Source: a virus (taxonomy: Duplodnaviria; Caudoviricetes). Taken from it: a DNA stretch of 37,906 bases. The notes beneath the pieces are model-generated. The model saw only the letters and a list, made by a program, of their open reading frames with translations. It ran no database searches and had not been told where the DNA came from. Location of the stretch: positions 1-37,906 of IMG/VR virus record IMGVR_UViG_3300037467_001014; one strand, written 5' to 3'. Position 1 is the stretch's first letter, and every line of letters starts with the position of its first letter. Shown here one piece after another: positions 1 to 7,889 of this stretch. Position numbers and translations under genes: made by a program.

Positions 1-104
1 CGATGCGCACCCTCCAGGCCAAGAAGGCGGCCACCCCCGAGGGCGGCGATGCGGCCCCCGGCGAGCAGCCCGCGCCTCCGGCCGAGGAAGCCCCGGCGGC
101 GTAA
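1..104 (+). CDS. 3' end of an upstream gene (partial); Ala/Pro/Glu-rich C-terminal tail
   Basis: Frame 3 reads ...MRTLQAKKAATPEGGDAAPGEQPAPPAEEAPAA* with the stop TAA at 102-104. Codons are GC3-rich and a terminator follows. Confidence 0.7.
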   Translation, partial: MRTLQAKKAATPEGGDAAPGEQPAPPAEEAPAA

Positions 105-129
105 CCCTCTCCTCTCCTGGTTCCCAAGC

Positions 130-170
130 ACAAGGACGCTCACCCTTCGGGGTGGGCGTCCTTGTTTGTT
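130..170 (+). terminator. Rho-independent terminator
   Basis: ACAAGGACGCTCACCC-TTCG-GGGTGGGCGTCCTTGT forms a 16-bp stem with a cUUCGg tetraloop, followed by TTGTT. Confidence 0.9.
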
Positions 171-300
171 AAGGTATGTGAACACTTGATTAGTCGGCGA
201 CGTTACAATGCTTAATAGTGTCCATAATGCTTGCCTGCATTGTAACGCTGCGGTATACAATGTGAACGAAAATAAACTTGCTAAGTGTGACTAATCAGCG

Positions 301-330
301 TTGACAACCGTAAGGGCCTTATGCGATACT
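301..330 (+). promoter_or_regulatory. sigma70-like promoter for the HTH/replication operon
   Basis: TTGACA (301-306), 18-nt spacer, TGc-GATACT (extended -10, 325-330). The spacer holds the palindrome TAAGG-G-CCTTA (311-321). SD AGGAGG lies at 350-355. Confidence 0.7.
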
Positions 331-364
331 TGACCCCATCGACGCACGCAGGAGGCTCCCCCGT

Positions 365-586
365 ATGTACAACCGCGAACTGGCCGCCCAACGGCGTAAC
401 GAGCTTGGGCTTACCCAGGAGCAGTTGGCGCACAAGAGCGGTGTATCGTCCCAGCTTATCAGCAAGTACGAGCGGGGCATCCATTCCCCCGACCGGACGA
501 ACCAGGACAAGCTGGAGAAGGCGCTTGACCTTCCCGATGGGGCCCTGTGGACCAAGGACTCTAACAAGCGCCGTCGTAGCGCGTAG
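365..586 (+). CDS. XRE-family (Cro/CI-like) helix-turn-helix regulator
   Basis: RRNELGLTQEQLAHKSGVSSQLISKYERGIHSP is a typical HTH_3 signature. The gene has a strong SD. Confidence 0.92.
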   Translation: MYNRELAAQRRNELGLTQEQLAHKSGVSSQLISKYERGIHSPDRTNQDKLEKALDLPDGALWTKDSNKRRRSA

Positions 587-598
587 AAGGCGTCGTTA

Positions 599-3532
599 AT
601 GCCCTACCAAGCCCAGGTTACCTATTCGGCGTTTCCAAGCGTCGATGTCATCGACCCCACGCACCTGACAGAATCGTGGGAGACCTTCGTGTTGCGGATG
701 CGCAACGTGCAGGTTGTGGACTCCAAGTCTGGCGTGTCCCTGTTCTGCGCCGCTAACTTCCCTAACGGCACCGGCCGCCGCAATCTCGCCAGCGCGGGCC
801 AGGTGGCGATGCTCGTCCTCGACATCGACAACTCCGTGCCCGTCCGGGGGCCTGACGGCAAGATTCTTCGGGACAACCAGAACAAGATGGTCAAGGCGCT
901 CATTCCCAACCCTCTTGAGCCCGACCTGGTCGAAATGATGCTGTCGTCCTACGAGTACGTTCTGGTGACCAGCCACAGCCACAGCCTGGCCTGGCCGCGT
1001 TTCCGGGTGGTTATGCCACTCCAAACGCCGTGCCCCGCCAACCTGTGGGACGCTTACGCCCGTGAGGCGTTGTCCAAGCTGGGGATGGACATCTTTATCG
1101 ACCACCTGGACTCGCAGTTGTTCAACGCGTCCCAATCCTACTACTGGCCCTCTCACCCGCCGGGAGCCCCCAACCGGTTTACCTACAACGAAGGTCAACC
1201 GCTTTCGGTCATCCTGACGCCGGAGAAGGTCGCGGCAGCGATGGAACACGCCGGGCGGCGTGCCAACAAGCACTCGCCGTTTACGCCCGCCCAGGTCGAA
1301 CGCTACTACCTTAGCCAGATTCCCAACCTGCCCGTTGGGCACGTACAGGACGGCGAGTGGCGTACCCCCTGCGTGTTGCACGACGGTACCAACAACAAGC
1401 TGTACATCAACAGCGTTACCGGCTTCTTCAAGTGCTGGAGCAAGTGTCGTGACATTCCCGAGCACAAGGGCGGTCAAGGCGACATCTACCGCTTCCACGA
1501 GATTAAGCACAACGTTGACTTCGCTACGGCCAAGAAAGCCGTCCACGAGATTATCGGCGGCGAACCCGGCGGTACGATGACCGACGTGGAAGTCGCCCAG
1601 GCCATCACCTCCAGCACGGCCGAACAAGTGCCCCTGCTGATGGAGGAGATTAAGCACCAGCCGACGAAGGTTGCGAACAAGCTCATTACGCAGTTGGTGA
1701 CGACGCACCCGGAACTGCGGCAAGAGGACTTGAAGGCCGAGTACCAGAAGGACCGCAAGGTTATCTCGTTCAACGCCCGTAGCAGCGAAGCGGCGGGTAT
1801 CGAGCACATCAAGGCGGAAGTCGCCCAAAAGCTGGAGTCCGGTACCACGGACGAGTTCGGCTTGTGCCTGGCCCCCGACCGCTACGTCATCGACCAAGAC
1901 GGCGTGTTCAGCGTCCAAATGATGGGCAAAGGCGATAACCCGTACCTGGCCCGTGTCACCCCGCCCATCGCCGACCGACCCATCTGGCCGTCCGAACTGG
2001 GCCACGACCTGGCTACCGACAAGATGTGGGTGGACCTCAACTGGCGCGGCTCCCAAGGCCAGCACCACCACGAGTGGTTGCCCATCACGTCGCTCAACAG
2101 CCGCGAGTCCGTCCTGAACCTCAACGACGCCCCCGTGAGCGTGGACAACGTCATCCAGGTCTGCGGCTTCCTGCGTTACGCCAAAACCGCCCTCAAGTCC
2201 CCCATCAAGCAAATTACCTCTGCCGTGGGCTGGGTGGGCACGGGCGAGTCGCTACGCTTCGTGCTGCCGACCGACGCCCAGGTAGAGTACGTGGGCGAGC
2301 CCATCGCCACGGAGGGTAACCTTGCCGCCTGGGCCGAACCGCTGGCCGCGCTGGCCCGGTCGGGCGCGGGTTCGTTCCGAACGCTGGCGGTGCTGGGCCT
2401 GTCGGCCGCCTCCCCGCTGGTGCGCCACACCAACCGTCGTAACCCCGTCATCGGCCTGGTCGCCGAGTCCTCGACGGGTAAAGGCAAGACCATCGACTAC
2501 GCGCTGTCCATCTGGTCCACGCCCGGGAAGTCCACGGTCCCGGCGGGCTCCTCCGTCAAAGGCTCCCAGGACATCGGTATGAACAAGCCCGATTACCCCC
2601 TGTTCGTGGACGAAATGCAGCAGTTGTATAAGCGCGACCCGCTGATGGTCGAAGACAGCATCTACTTTATGGGCAACGGCCAACGCCGCATCGTTGCGAC
2701 CCGCTTCGGCGGCACCCGGGGTGGCGAACGCCGCTATGGCGCTAGCTTCTGGGCCGCCGAGGACGACGTTACCCAGGCGTTGCAGAAGGGCGCGCAGAAC
2801 CGCGTCGTGGTGCTGCACGGTCCCCCGGCCGCCAACGAAACCCTTACCGACCTGATGGGCCACACATCGGCCCGCAACTACGGCGTTGCTGGCGCTCGTA
2901 TCGGCGAACTGCTCAACGAACGCTACGCCGACTACGTGATGGAGGTAGAGATTACGGCGATGGAGCTAATCCACAACCGCCAAGGTCTCGTGGGCGACGA
3001 CCCGTACACCATCGCTTTCGTCCAGCAGGGCTTGCAACTGCTCCAAGACGCTACGGGTGTGGTCCTGCCCATCAAGGACTTGGTCCAGTGGCTTATCCGC
3101 ACCCTGAACACCAACCGTGCCGAAGCCAAGGACTACGCCGAAGAAACGTTCGTGTACCTGATGGAGACCTTGATGTCCTCCACCTGGGGGCGCGACGGCC
3201 AACACCCCAATGCGCTGGTGGACCTGGACAGCTACGTGGCCTTCCGGCTTGACGAGTGCTGCGACCCGGAACACAGCCCGTTCGAGATTAACCCTACCTC
3301 CAACCGCGTTGTGGCCGCATTGAAGAATCGTGGGTACACGGAGCGCATTGCGGCGGTCTGGGCCACCCGTGGGTGGATTCGGAAGCAGGGTAAGAACCTA
3401 AAGTGGACCCGAGGCGCTACCCGTACCGGCCCGGGTACGATGGTGTGGCGTCTGTCGAAGGAAGGTCTGGCCCTGTTGGGGCTGTCGATTACCTTAGAGG
3501 AGGTAAACAATGTCCAAGCCCCTTCAGTGTAA
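599..3532 (+). CDS. Primase-helicase: AEP-like prim-pol N-terminus, CHC2-like Zn finger, DUF927/Cch-like ATPase-helicase
   Basis: AEP-like motifs LVLDID, TSHSH and RFRVVMPL. Zn finger PCVLHDG..FKCWSKC..GDIYRF. DUF927-like segment 'SAVGWVG..RFVLP..GNLAAW'. Walker A ESSTGKGKT and Walker B LFVDE. Confidence 0.8.
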   Translation: MPYQAQVTYSAFPSVDVIDPTHLTESWETFVLRMRNVQVVDSKSGVSLFCAANFPNGTGRRNLASAGQVAMLVLDIDNSVPVRGPDGKILRDNQNKMVKALIPNPLEPDLVEMMLSSYEYVLVTSHSHSLAWPRFRVVMPLQTPCPANLWDAYAREALSKLGMDIFIDHLDSQLFNASQSYYWPSHPPGAPNRFTYNEGQPLSVILTPEKVAAAMEHAGRRANKHSPFTPAQVERYYLSQIPNLPVGHVQDGEWRTPCVLHDGTNNKLYINSVTGFFKCWSKCRDIPEHKGGQGDIYRFHEIKHNVDFATAKKAVHEIIGGEPGGTMTDVEVAQAITSSTAEQVPLLMEEIKHQPTKVANKLITQLVTTHPELRQEDLKAEYQKDRKVISFNARSSEAAGIEHIKAEVAQKLESGTTDEFGLCLAPDRYVIDQDGVFSVQMMGKGDNPYLARVTPPIADRPIWPSELGHDLATDKMWVDLNWRGSQGQHHHEWLPITSLNSRESVLNLNDAPVSVDNVIQVCGFLRYAKTALKSPIKQITSAVGWVGTGESLRFVLPTDAQVEYVGEPIATEGNLAAWAEPLAALARSGAGSFRTLAVLGLSAASPLVRHTNRRNPVIGLVAESSTGKGKTIDYALSIWSTPGKSTVPAGSSVKGSQDIGMNKPDYPLFVDEMQQLYKRDPLMVEDSIYFMGNGQRRIVATRFGGTRGGERRYGASFWAAEDDVTQALQKGAQNRVVVLHGPPAANETLTDLMGHTSARNYGVAGARIGELLNERYADYVMEVEITAMELIHNRQGLVGDDPYTIAFVQQGLQLLQDATGVVLPIKDLVQWLIRTLNTNRAEAKDYAEETFVYLMETLMSSTWGRDGQHPNALVDLDSYVAFRLDECCDPEHSPFEINPTSNRVVAALKNRGYTERIAAVWATRGWIRKQGKNLKWTRGATRTGPGTMVWRLSKEGLALLGLSITLEEVNNVQAPSV

Positions 3533-3764
3533 CATTATGACCGCACCGGACGGTGCCCGCCTGATTATGGTCATTGTCCAGCCTAGTGTTAACGTTTCTA
3601 ACATCTACCGCGTTAACCTTGACAAGACCAACAACCAAGCGGATAATGTCTTTATGCAGCTTGAAGCTTCCTTGCAGCGCGAATATCGCGCCTTCGACTT
3701 CAATAACCCCGAGCAGCAGAACCGCGCCGCGAAGCGCGTGTACACGCTGACGTTGGCCGAGTAG
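3510..3764 (+). CDS. hypothetical protein (84 aa)
   Basis: The strong SD GAGGAGGT precedes the ATG, and the ORF fills the gap between helicase and polymerase. Confidence 0.75.
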   Translation: MSKPLQCNIMTAPDGARLIMVIVQPSVNVSNIYRVNLDKTNNQADNVFMQLEASLQREYRAFDFNNPEQQNRAAKRVYTLTLAE

Positions 3765-3774
3765 GATAGCTAGC

Positions 3775-6036
3775 GTGACGACCGCTGCTCCCACGAACCC
3801 GGCTGGCGGGGCTATTGCCGCCGAAGTTGACAACGCCATTATCCACGTTGTCAGCGACTTCCACTTCCTGCGCCAGTTCTTTACGCCCTCCGGCGATTGG
3901 ATGGGCTCGCCCTACAGCGGCTTGGACCTGGAAACCGAGGGTGTCCTGAACCCCCACGACGGCAAGATTGCCACCGCCCAGATTGAGGTGTGGGGTCAAG
4001 CCTGGGTCGTCCACTGGGACGTGTCCAAGGACCTTAAGGACGTGCCGGGCGCGGATTGGTTCCGTTACTACCTGGAACACCCCCAGGTGACGAAGCTCAT
4101 CCATAATGCCATCTTCGAACACTCCCACCTAATCCACGCTTTGGGCTGGGACCTTCGCATCGCCCCCATCCACGATACGATGGCGGCCGAGTACGTGCTG
4201 GCCGAAGGGTCGGGCTTTACCTCGCCGAGCAAGGTCAAGTTCCAGATGGAGGACATCGCCCTCGATGCCTGCATCGAGCGCCGTTATGGCGTTGCGATGG
4301 ATAAGGACAAGAAGCTGCGTACCGGCTTCCGCCGTAAGGGCGTCACGCACGTCGTCAAGCCCACGAAGAAGCTGCCCGACTACGGCCCCACGCCGCAGCA
4401 ACAGTCGTCCCGCCAACTGTGCGGGTGGACGCCGCTGATGGGGCCCGCGCCGAGCCTGGCCGCCGCCGGTATCTCCACACCGGACGGGTGCTGCCCGTAC
4501 CGCGCCGAGGTCATCGTTGGCAGCAAGGGCGAGTTCTGGCTTTGCAGCCTGTGCGCCGCCGACCCCGCGTTCAAGCGCCTCAAGAAGCGTACCGCCATCG
4601 ACTGGTCGGAGTACCTTCCTTGCGAAGTTACCCAAGGCGACCTGACCGACCGTCAGATTAAGTACGCCGCCTTCGACGTGCTGTGGATGGCAAAGCTGGC
4701 CCAGGACCAGATTGCGGAGTTCCGCGCGCACTACATTCAGGACCAAACCAACAACTACTGGGGCATCTTCCAGATGGACTGCCTGGCGACCGAAGTAGTC
4801 GCTCGTATGCAGTTGAAGGGGATGCCGGTCAACTCCGACGAGTTGTGGTGGTTGAACACGGAATGGACGTTCGAGGAGGAGCGTCTACGCGAGGACATCC
4901 AACAGCTTCTCTACATCCAGGGCGACACCGAACTGATTAACCCGTCCGAAAAGGACAAGGTGCTGGCTCGACTGGCGCAGTGGGGTGTAGTGCTGCCGTC
5001 CTACGAGGCGGCGGAGCTTAAGAAGCTTAAACTGGAGAACGAGTACCTGGCGAACCTTGTCGCCAAGATTCTCCGTTGGAAGAAGGTACAGAAGCTCGAA
5101 AGCACCTACACCGGTCCTTTCCTCGAAAAGACGCATCCGGTCACCGGTCGCATCCATTGCAACTTCAACCCGTTTACCACGGGTACCGGCCGTTTCTCTA
5201 GCTCCAACCCCAACCTCCAGAACCTTCCGTCGAAGGGCGACGACGGCCCGCGCATCCGCGACTGTGTCCAGGCCCGCCCTGGGTACAAGCTGGTCATCGC
5301 CGACTTCTCGCAGATTGAGCTAAGGCTCATCGCGGAATACTTCAACGACCTTAAGATGATTGAGGCGTTCTTGCAGGGTAAGGACCTGCACACGATGATG
5401 GGAGCCGCCATCCTGGGCATCCCATACGAAATGATGCTGGAACTGGTCGCGCAGGGCGACAAGAAGGCCAAGGGGGCCAGAAGCAACGCCAAGCCCGCCA
5501 ACTTCGGCCTTGGGTACGGAGCGGGCGTCGGTCAGCTCATCAACATCGCGTGGGTCCAGTACGAGATTGCTTGGGACTACGCCGAAGCCAACCGCATCCG
5601 CAGCCTGTACCTGGAACTGTGGTCGGGCGTGGCGCAGTACCACAAGCGCCGCGCGGATGCCATCCAGTACGGCAGCGGCGATTGGAAGGAGTACACCTAC
5701 GACGGGCGTTGCCGCCGCATCCCACGCCACTGGACCGACAAGGACGGCAAGCGCAAGAGTTGCTATTCTGCCTCGCTTAACCACCGAATCCAAGGCACGA
5801 GCGGCGACATTACCAAGACCTCGCTCATTCGCCTTAACGACGAGTTTATGCGGCATAAGTACGATGGGGGTGTCATCCTCCAGGTTCACGACGAAATTGT
5901 TGCCGAAGTCCGCGAGGACCAAGCAGAATATCTTTGCGACCTCCAGAAGCGGATTATGGAGGAAGAAGGCGCAAAGAGGCTACGACAGGTACCGTGCCTG
6001 GTGGACGCCAAAGTATCCGACCGCTGGAACAAGTAA
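3775..6036 (+). CDS. polA: Family A DNA polymerase with 3'-5' exonuclease domain
   Basis: ExoI GLDLETEG, ExoII HNAIFE, ExoIII YAAFDV. TGTGRFSSSNPNLQNLP. Motif A ADFSQIELR, motif B RSNAKPANFGLGYG, motif C LQVHDEIV. GTG start. Confidence 0.96.
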   Translation: MTTAAPTNPAGGAIAAEVDNAIIHVVSDFHFLRQFFTPSGDWMGSPYSGLDLETEGVLNPHDGKIATAQIEVWGQAWVVHWDVSKDLKDVPGADWFRYYLEHPQVTKLIHNAIFEHSHLIHALGWDLRIAPIHDTMAAEYVLAEGSGFTSPSKVKFQMEDIALDACIERRYGVAMDKDKKLRTGFRRKGVTHVVKPTKKLPDYGPTPQQQSSRQLCGWTPLMGPAPSLAAAGISTPDGCCPYRAEVIVGSKGEFWLCSLCAADPAFKRLKKRTAIDWSEYLPCEVTQGDLTDRQIKYAAFDVLWMAKLAQDQIAEFRAHYIQDQTNNYWGIFQMDCLATEVVARMQLKGMPVNSDELWWLNTEWTFEEERLREDIQQLLYIQGDTELINPSEKDKVLARLAQWGVVLPSYEAAELKKLKLENEYLANLVAKILRWKKVQKLESTYTGPFLEKTHPVTGRIHCNFNPFTTGTGRFSSSNPNLQNLPSKGDDGPRIRDCVQARPGYKLVIADFSQIELRLIAEYFNDLKMIEAFLQGKDLHTMMGAAILGIPYEMMLELVAQGDKKAKGARSNAKPANFGLGYGAGVGQLINIAWVQYEIAWDYAEANRIRSLYLELWSGVAQYHKRRADAIQYGSGDWKEYTYDGRCRRIPRHWTDKDGKRKSCYSASLNHRIQGTSGDITKTSLIRLNDEFMRHKYDGGVILQVHDEIVAEVREDQAEYLCDLQKRIMEEEGAKRLRQVPCLVDAKVSDRWNK

Positions 6037-6048
6037 GGAGCCAACAAG

Positions 6049-6396
6049 ATGCCCAACAACCCGATGCGCCCCCAGTGGGTCCAGTTGACCAACGCCGATA
6101 CCGGCGAGTCGTCCAACTTCAACTTCGACCTGGACGCCTGCAACCACATCGAGCCCGACCCGGATAGCTTCGGTACCATCATCACCACGGCTGACGGCGA
6201 CACCATCCGGGTCAAGGAGCCTTACGAGAGCATCGCCAACACCGTCTGGCCCACGCCGCCCGCCGTGGACGAGCACGAGCCCGCGCTGGCCGGTCAGCTT
6301 CCCGACGTGCCCGCCGTGGACGAGGAGCCCGCGCCGCCAGCGCCCGAGGCCGTCAAGCCCGCCAAGAAGAAGGCGGCGCAGGATGCGGGAGCCTAG
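6049..6396 (+). CDS. hypothetical protein; FlbD/SwrD-like N-terminus with Pro/Glu/Lys-rich tail
   Basis: SD TAAGGAG. The pattern WVQLT..FNFDLDACNHIE..TIITTADGDTIRVKEPYESI resembles the FlbD family. Confidence 0.6.
   Translation: MPNNPMRPQWVQLTNADTGESSNFNFDLDACNHIEPDPDSFGTIITTADGDTIRVKEPYESIANTVWPTPPAVDEHEPALAGQLPDVPAVDEEPAPPAPEAVKPAKKKAAQDAGA
6258..6324 (+). repeat. 16-bp direct repeat within CDS (PAVDE x2)
   Basis: GCCCGCCGTGGACGAG occurs at 6258-6273 and 6309-6324. Confidence 0.85.
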
Positions 6397-6601
6397 CCCG
6401 CTCCGCGACCGCCTGTACAACCTCCTCGGGGTGCAGAGCGTGGGCATTGATGAAGGGAACGTCGCGCACGAGCGCATCGTGAACATCATCGGTGGGGTGT
6501 ACGAGGAGATTGCCCGTGTCATCGAGCGTTACGGCGAGCCCAACATCCGCTACGTCGTGCAACACAAGAGGTACGAAGTTGTCCGGCGAATCGCGTCTTA
6601 A
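6383..6601 (+). CDS. hypothetical protein (72 aa)
   Basis: The ORF overlaps its neighbours in operon fashion and has GC3-rich codons. Confidence 0.65.
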   Translation: MREPSPLRDRLYNLLGVQSVGIDEGNVAHERIVNIIGGVYEEIARVIERYGEPNIRYVVQHKRYEVVRRIAS

Positions 6602-7007
6602 GCTCGTCCTCACCGTCCGCGACTCCTTAACTCCTGCTTTGATGCAGGTAAGAAAGAGGTATTTCGAAATGACCCGTCAGATGATTCTCGACGCCTTGTT
6701 TGCCGTTCCCGGCGTCCGTACCGCGTCCATCCTGGACCAGTCGGCCAACGGCGACAAGGGCGCGATGACCACCGTGAACATCCCTCTGGGCGTCGTGGTC
6801 CTCCACGTCACCGGCGGCGACCTCCTCGCCATCGGCCGCGCCCTGCTCAAGCTGCGCGCCTTGGGCGTCCAGTACGAGATTGTTCACACCCCGGTCGCTG
6901 TGTTGAGCGGCAGCGGCAAGCTGACCGTTGACACGACGTTCGGCCGCTCAGAAGCCTACGTCGGTGCCGTCGAACCCTGCCGCGCCTGCGGGATGGTTCA
7001 CGACTAA
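6579..7007 (+). CDS. hypothetical protein with a baseplate-J-like segment (TTG start 6579 or ATG start 6669)
   Basis: AAGAGGT precedes both candidate starts. The stop overlaps the thyX ATG. The sequence reads LFAVPGVRTASILD..IPLGVVVLHVTGGDLLAIGRAL..RALGV. Confidence 0.6.
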   Translation: MSGESRLKLVLTVRDSLTPALMQVRKRYFEMTRQMILDALFAVPGVRTASILDQSANGDKGAMTTVNIPLGVVVLHVTGGDLLAIGRALLKLRALGVQYEIVHTPVAVLSGSGKLTVDTTFGRSEAYVGAVEPCRACGMVHD

Positions 7008-7879
7008 TGGCGCGCGTCATCGTTCCGGCGGCGGATGCCATCTTGGACATCCCCGTCCCCATCTACGGTGACGGCATTGGCGAGGTTGTGCCCCTCGACT
7101 ATATGGGCGGCGACGTTCGTATTGTCGAGGCGGCCCGCACCTCCTACCAGGGCGGCACCAAGACGGTTAACGAGGACCGGGGCCTCATCCAACACCTGAT
7201 GCGCAACGCGCATACCTCCCCGTTCGAGCAAGTCATCTTGCTGTGGTATATGCGTATCCCGCTGTTCGTAGCGGTACAACTCGTGCGCCACCGCACGTCG
7301 CGGCTCAACGCGGAGAGTGGGCGCTACTCCGTGATGGAAAACAAGTTCTACATCCCCAAGATTAACGAACTGCGTGGGCAGGGCGACAAGGACAAGCAGG
7401 TAGGCGACGGCGTGCTTGAAGGGCTCAACGCTCTTGAGGCCCATAGCCACCTGGTCAACGCGTGCAACGAAGCGTACGAGCGATACGAGAAGCTGTTGAA
7501 GGCCGGTGTCGCCCGGGAGCAGGCTCGGATGGTCTTGCCCCAGAACCTCTACGTCAAGTGGTACTGGCAGATGGACCTGCACAACTGGTTCCATATGGCC
7601 GGGCTGCGCCTCGATTGGCACGCTCAACTGGAGTGCCGACAGGCCGTTGCTGCCCAGGTGCCGTTGGTCCAGGCTGTGGCCCCCATCGCGTTCGAAGCGT
7701 GGCAGAACGAGGTGTTCGACAGCATCCGTCTGTCGGGTAAGGAACGCGCGTTCGTGCAAGACGAGCTTAACCGTGCTGTGCCCGCCAACGACTTGTCGGA
7801 GCTAGCCAAGGCCGAGTTCGGCGAGAAGGGCGCTGCCCGCCTGCTGGACAAGCTGCGTAGCCCGCACCGCTACGCTTAG
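7007..7879 (+). CDS. thyX: FAD-dependent thymidylate synthase ThyX
   Basis: IVEAARTSY, HTSPFEQ, QLVRHRTSRLNAESGRY (ThyX motif), GVAREQARMVLP and HAQLE. Confidence 0.97.
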   Translation: MARVIVPAADAILDIPVPIYGDGIGEVVPLDYMGGDVRIVEAARTSYQGGTKTVNEDRGLIQHLMRNAHTSPFEQVILLWYMRIPLFVAVQLVRHRTSRLNAESGRYSVMENKFYIPKINELRGQGDKDKQVGDGVLEGLNALEAHSHLVNACNEAYERYEKLLKAGVAREQARMVLPQNLYVKWYWQMDLHNWFHMAGLRLDWHAQLECRQAVAAQVPLVQAVAPIAFEAWQNEVFDSIRLSGKERAFVQDELNRAVPANDLSELAKAEFGEKGAARLLDKLRSPHRYA

Positions 7880-7889
7880 GGAGAACTAC

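Noticed and set aside
4333-4635. Intein or intron in polA
   Set aside because: No C/S start with His-Asn end, no LAGLIDADG or HNH motifs, and the frame is uninterrupted.
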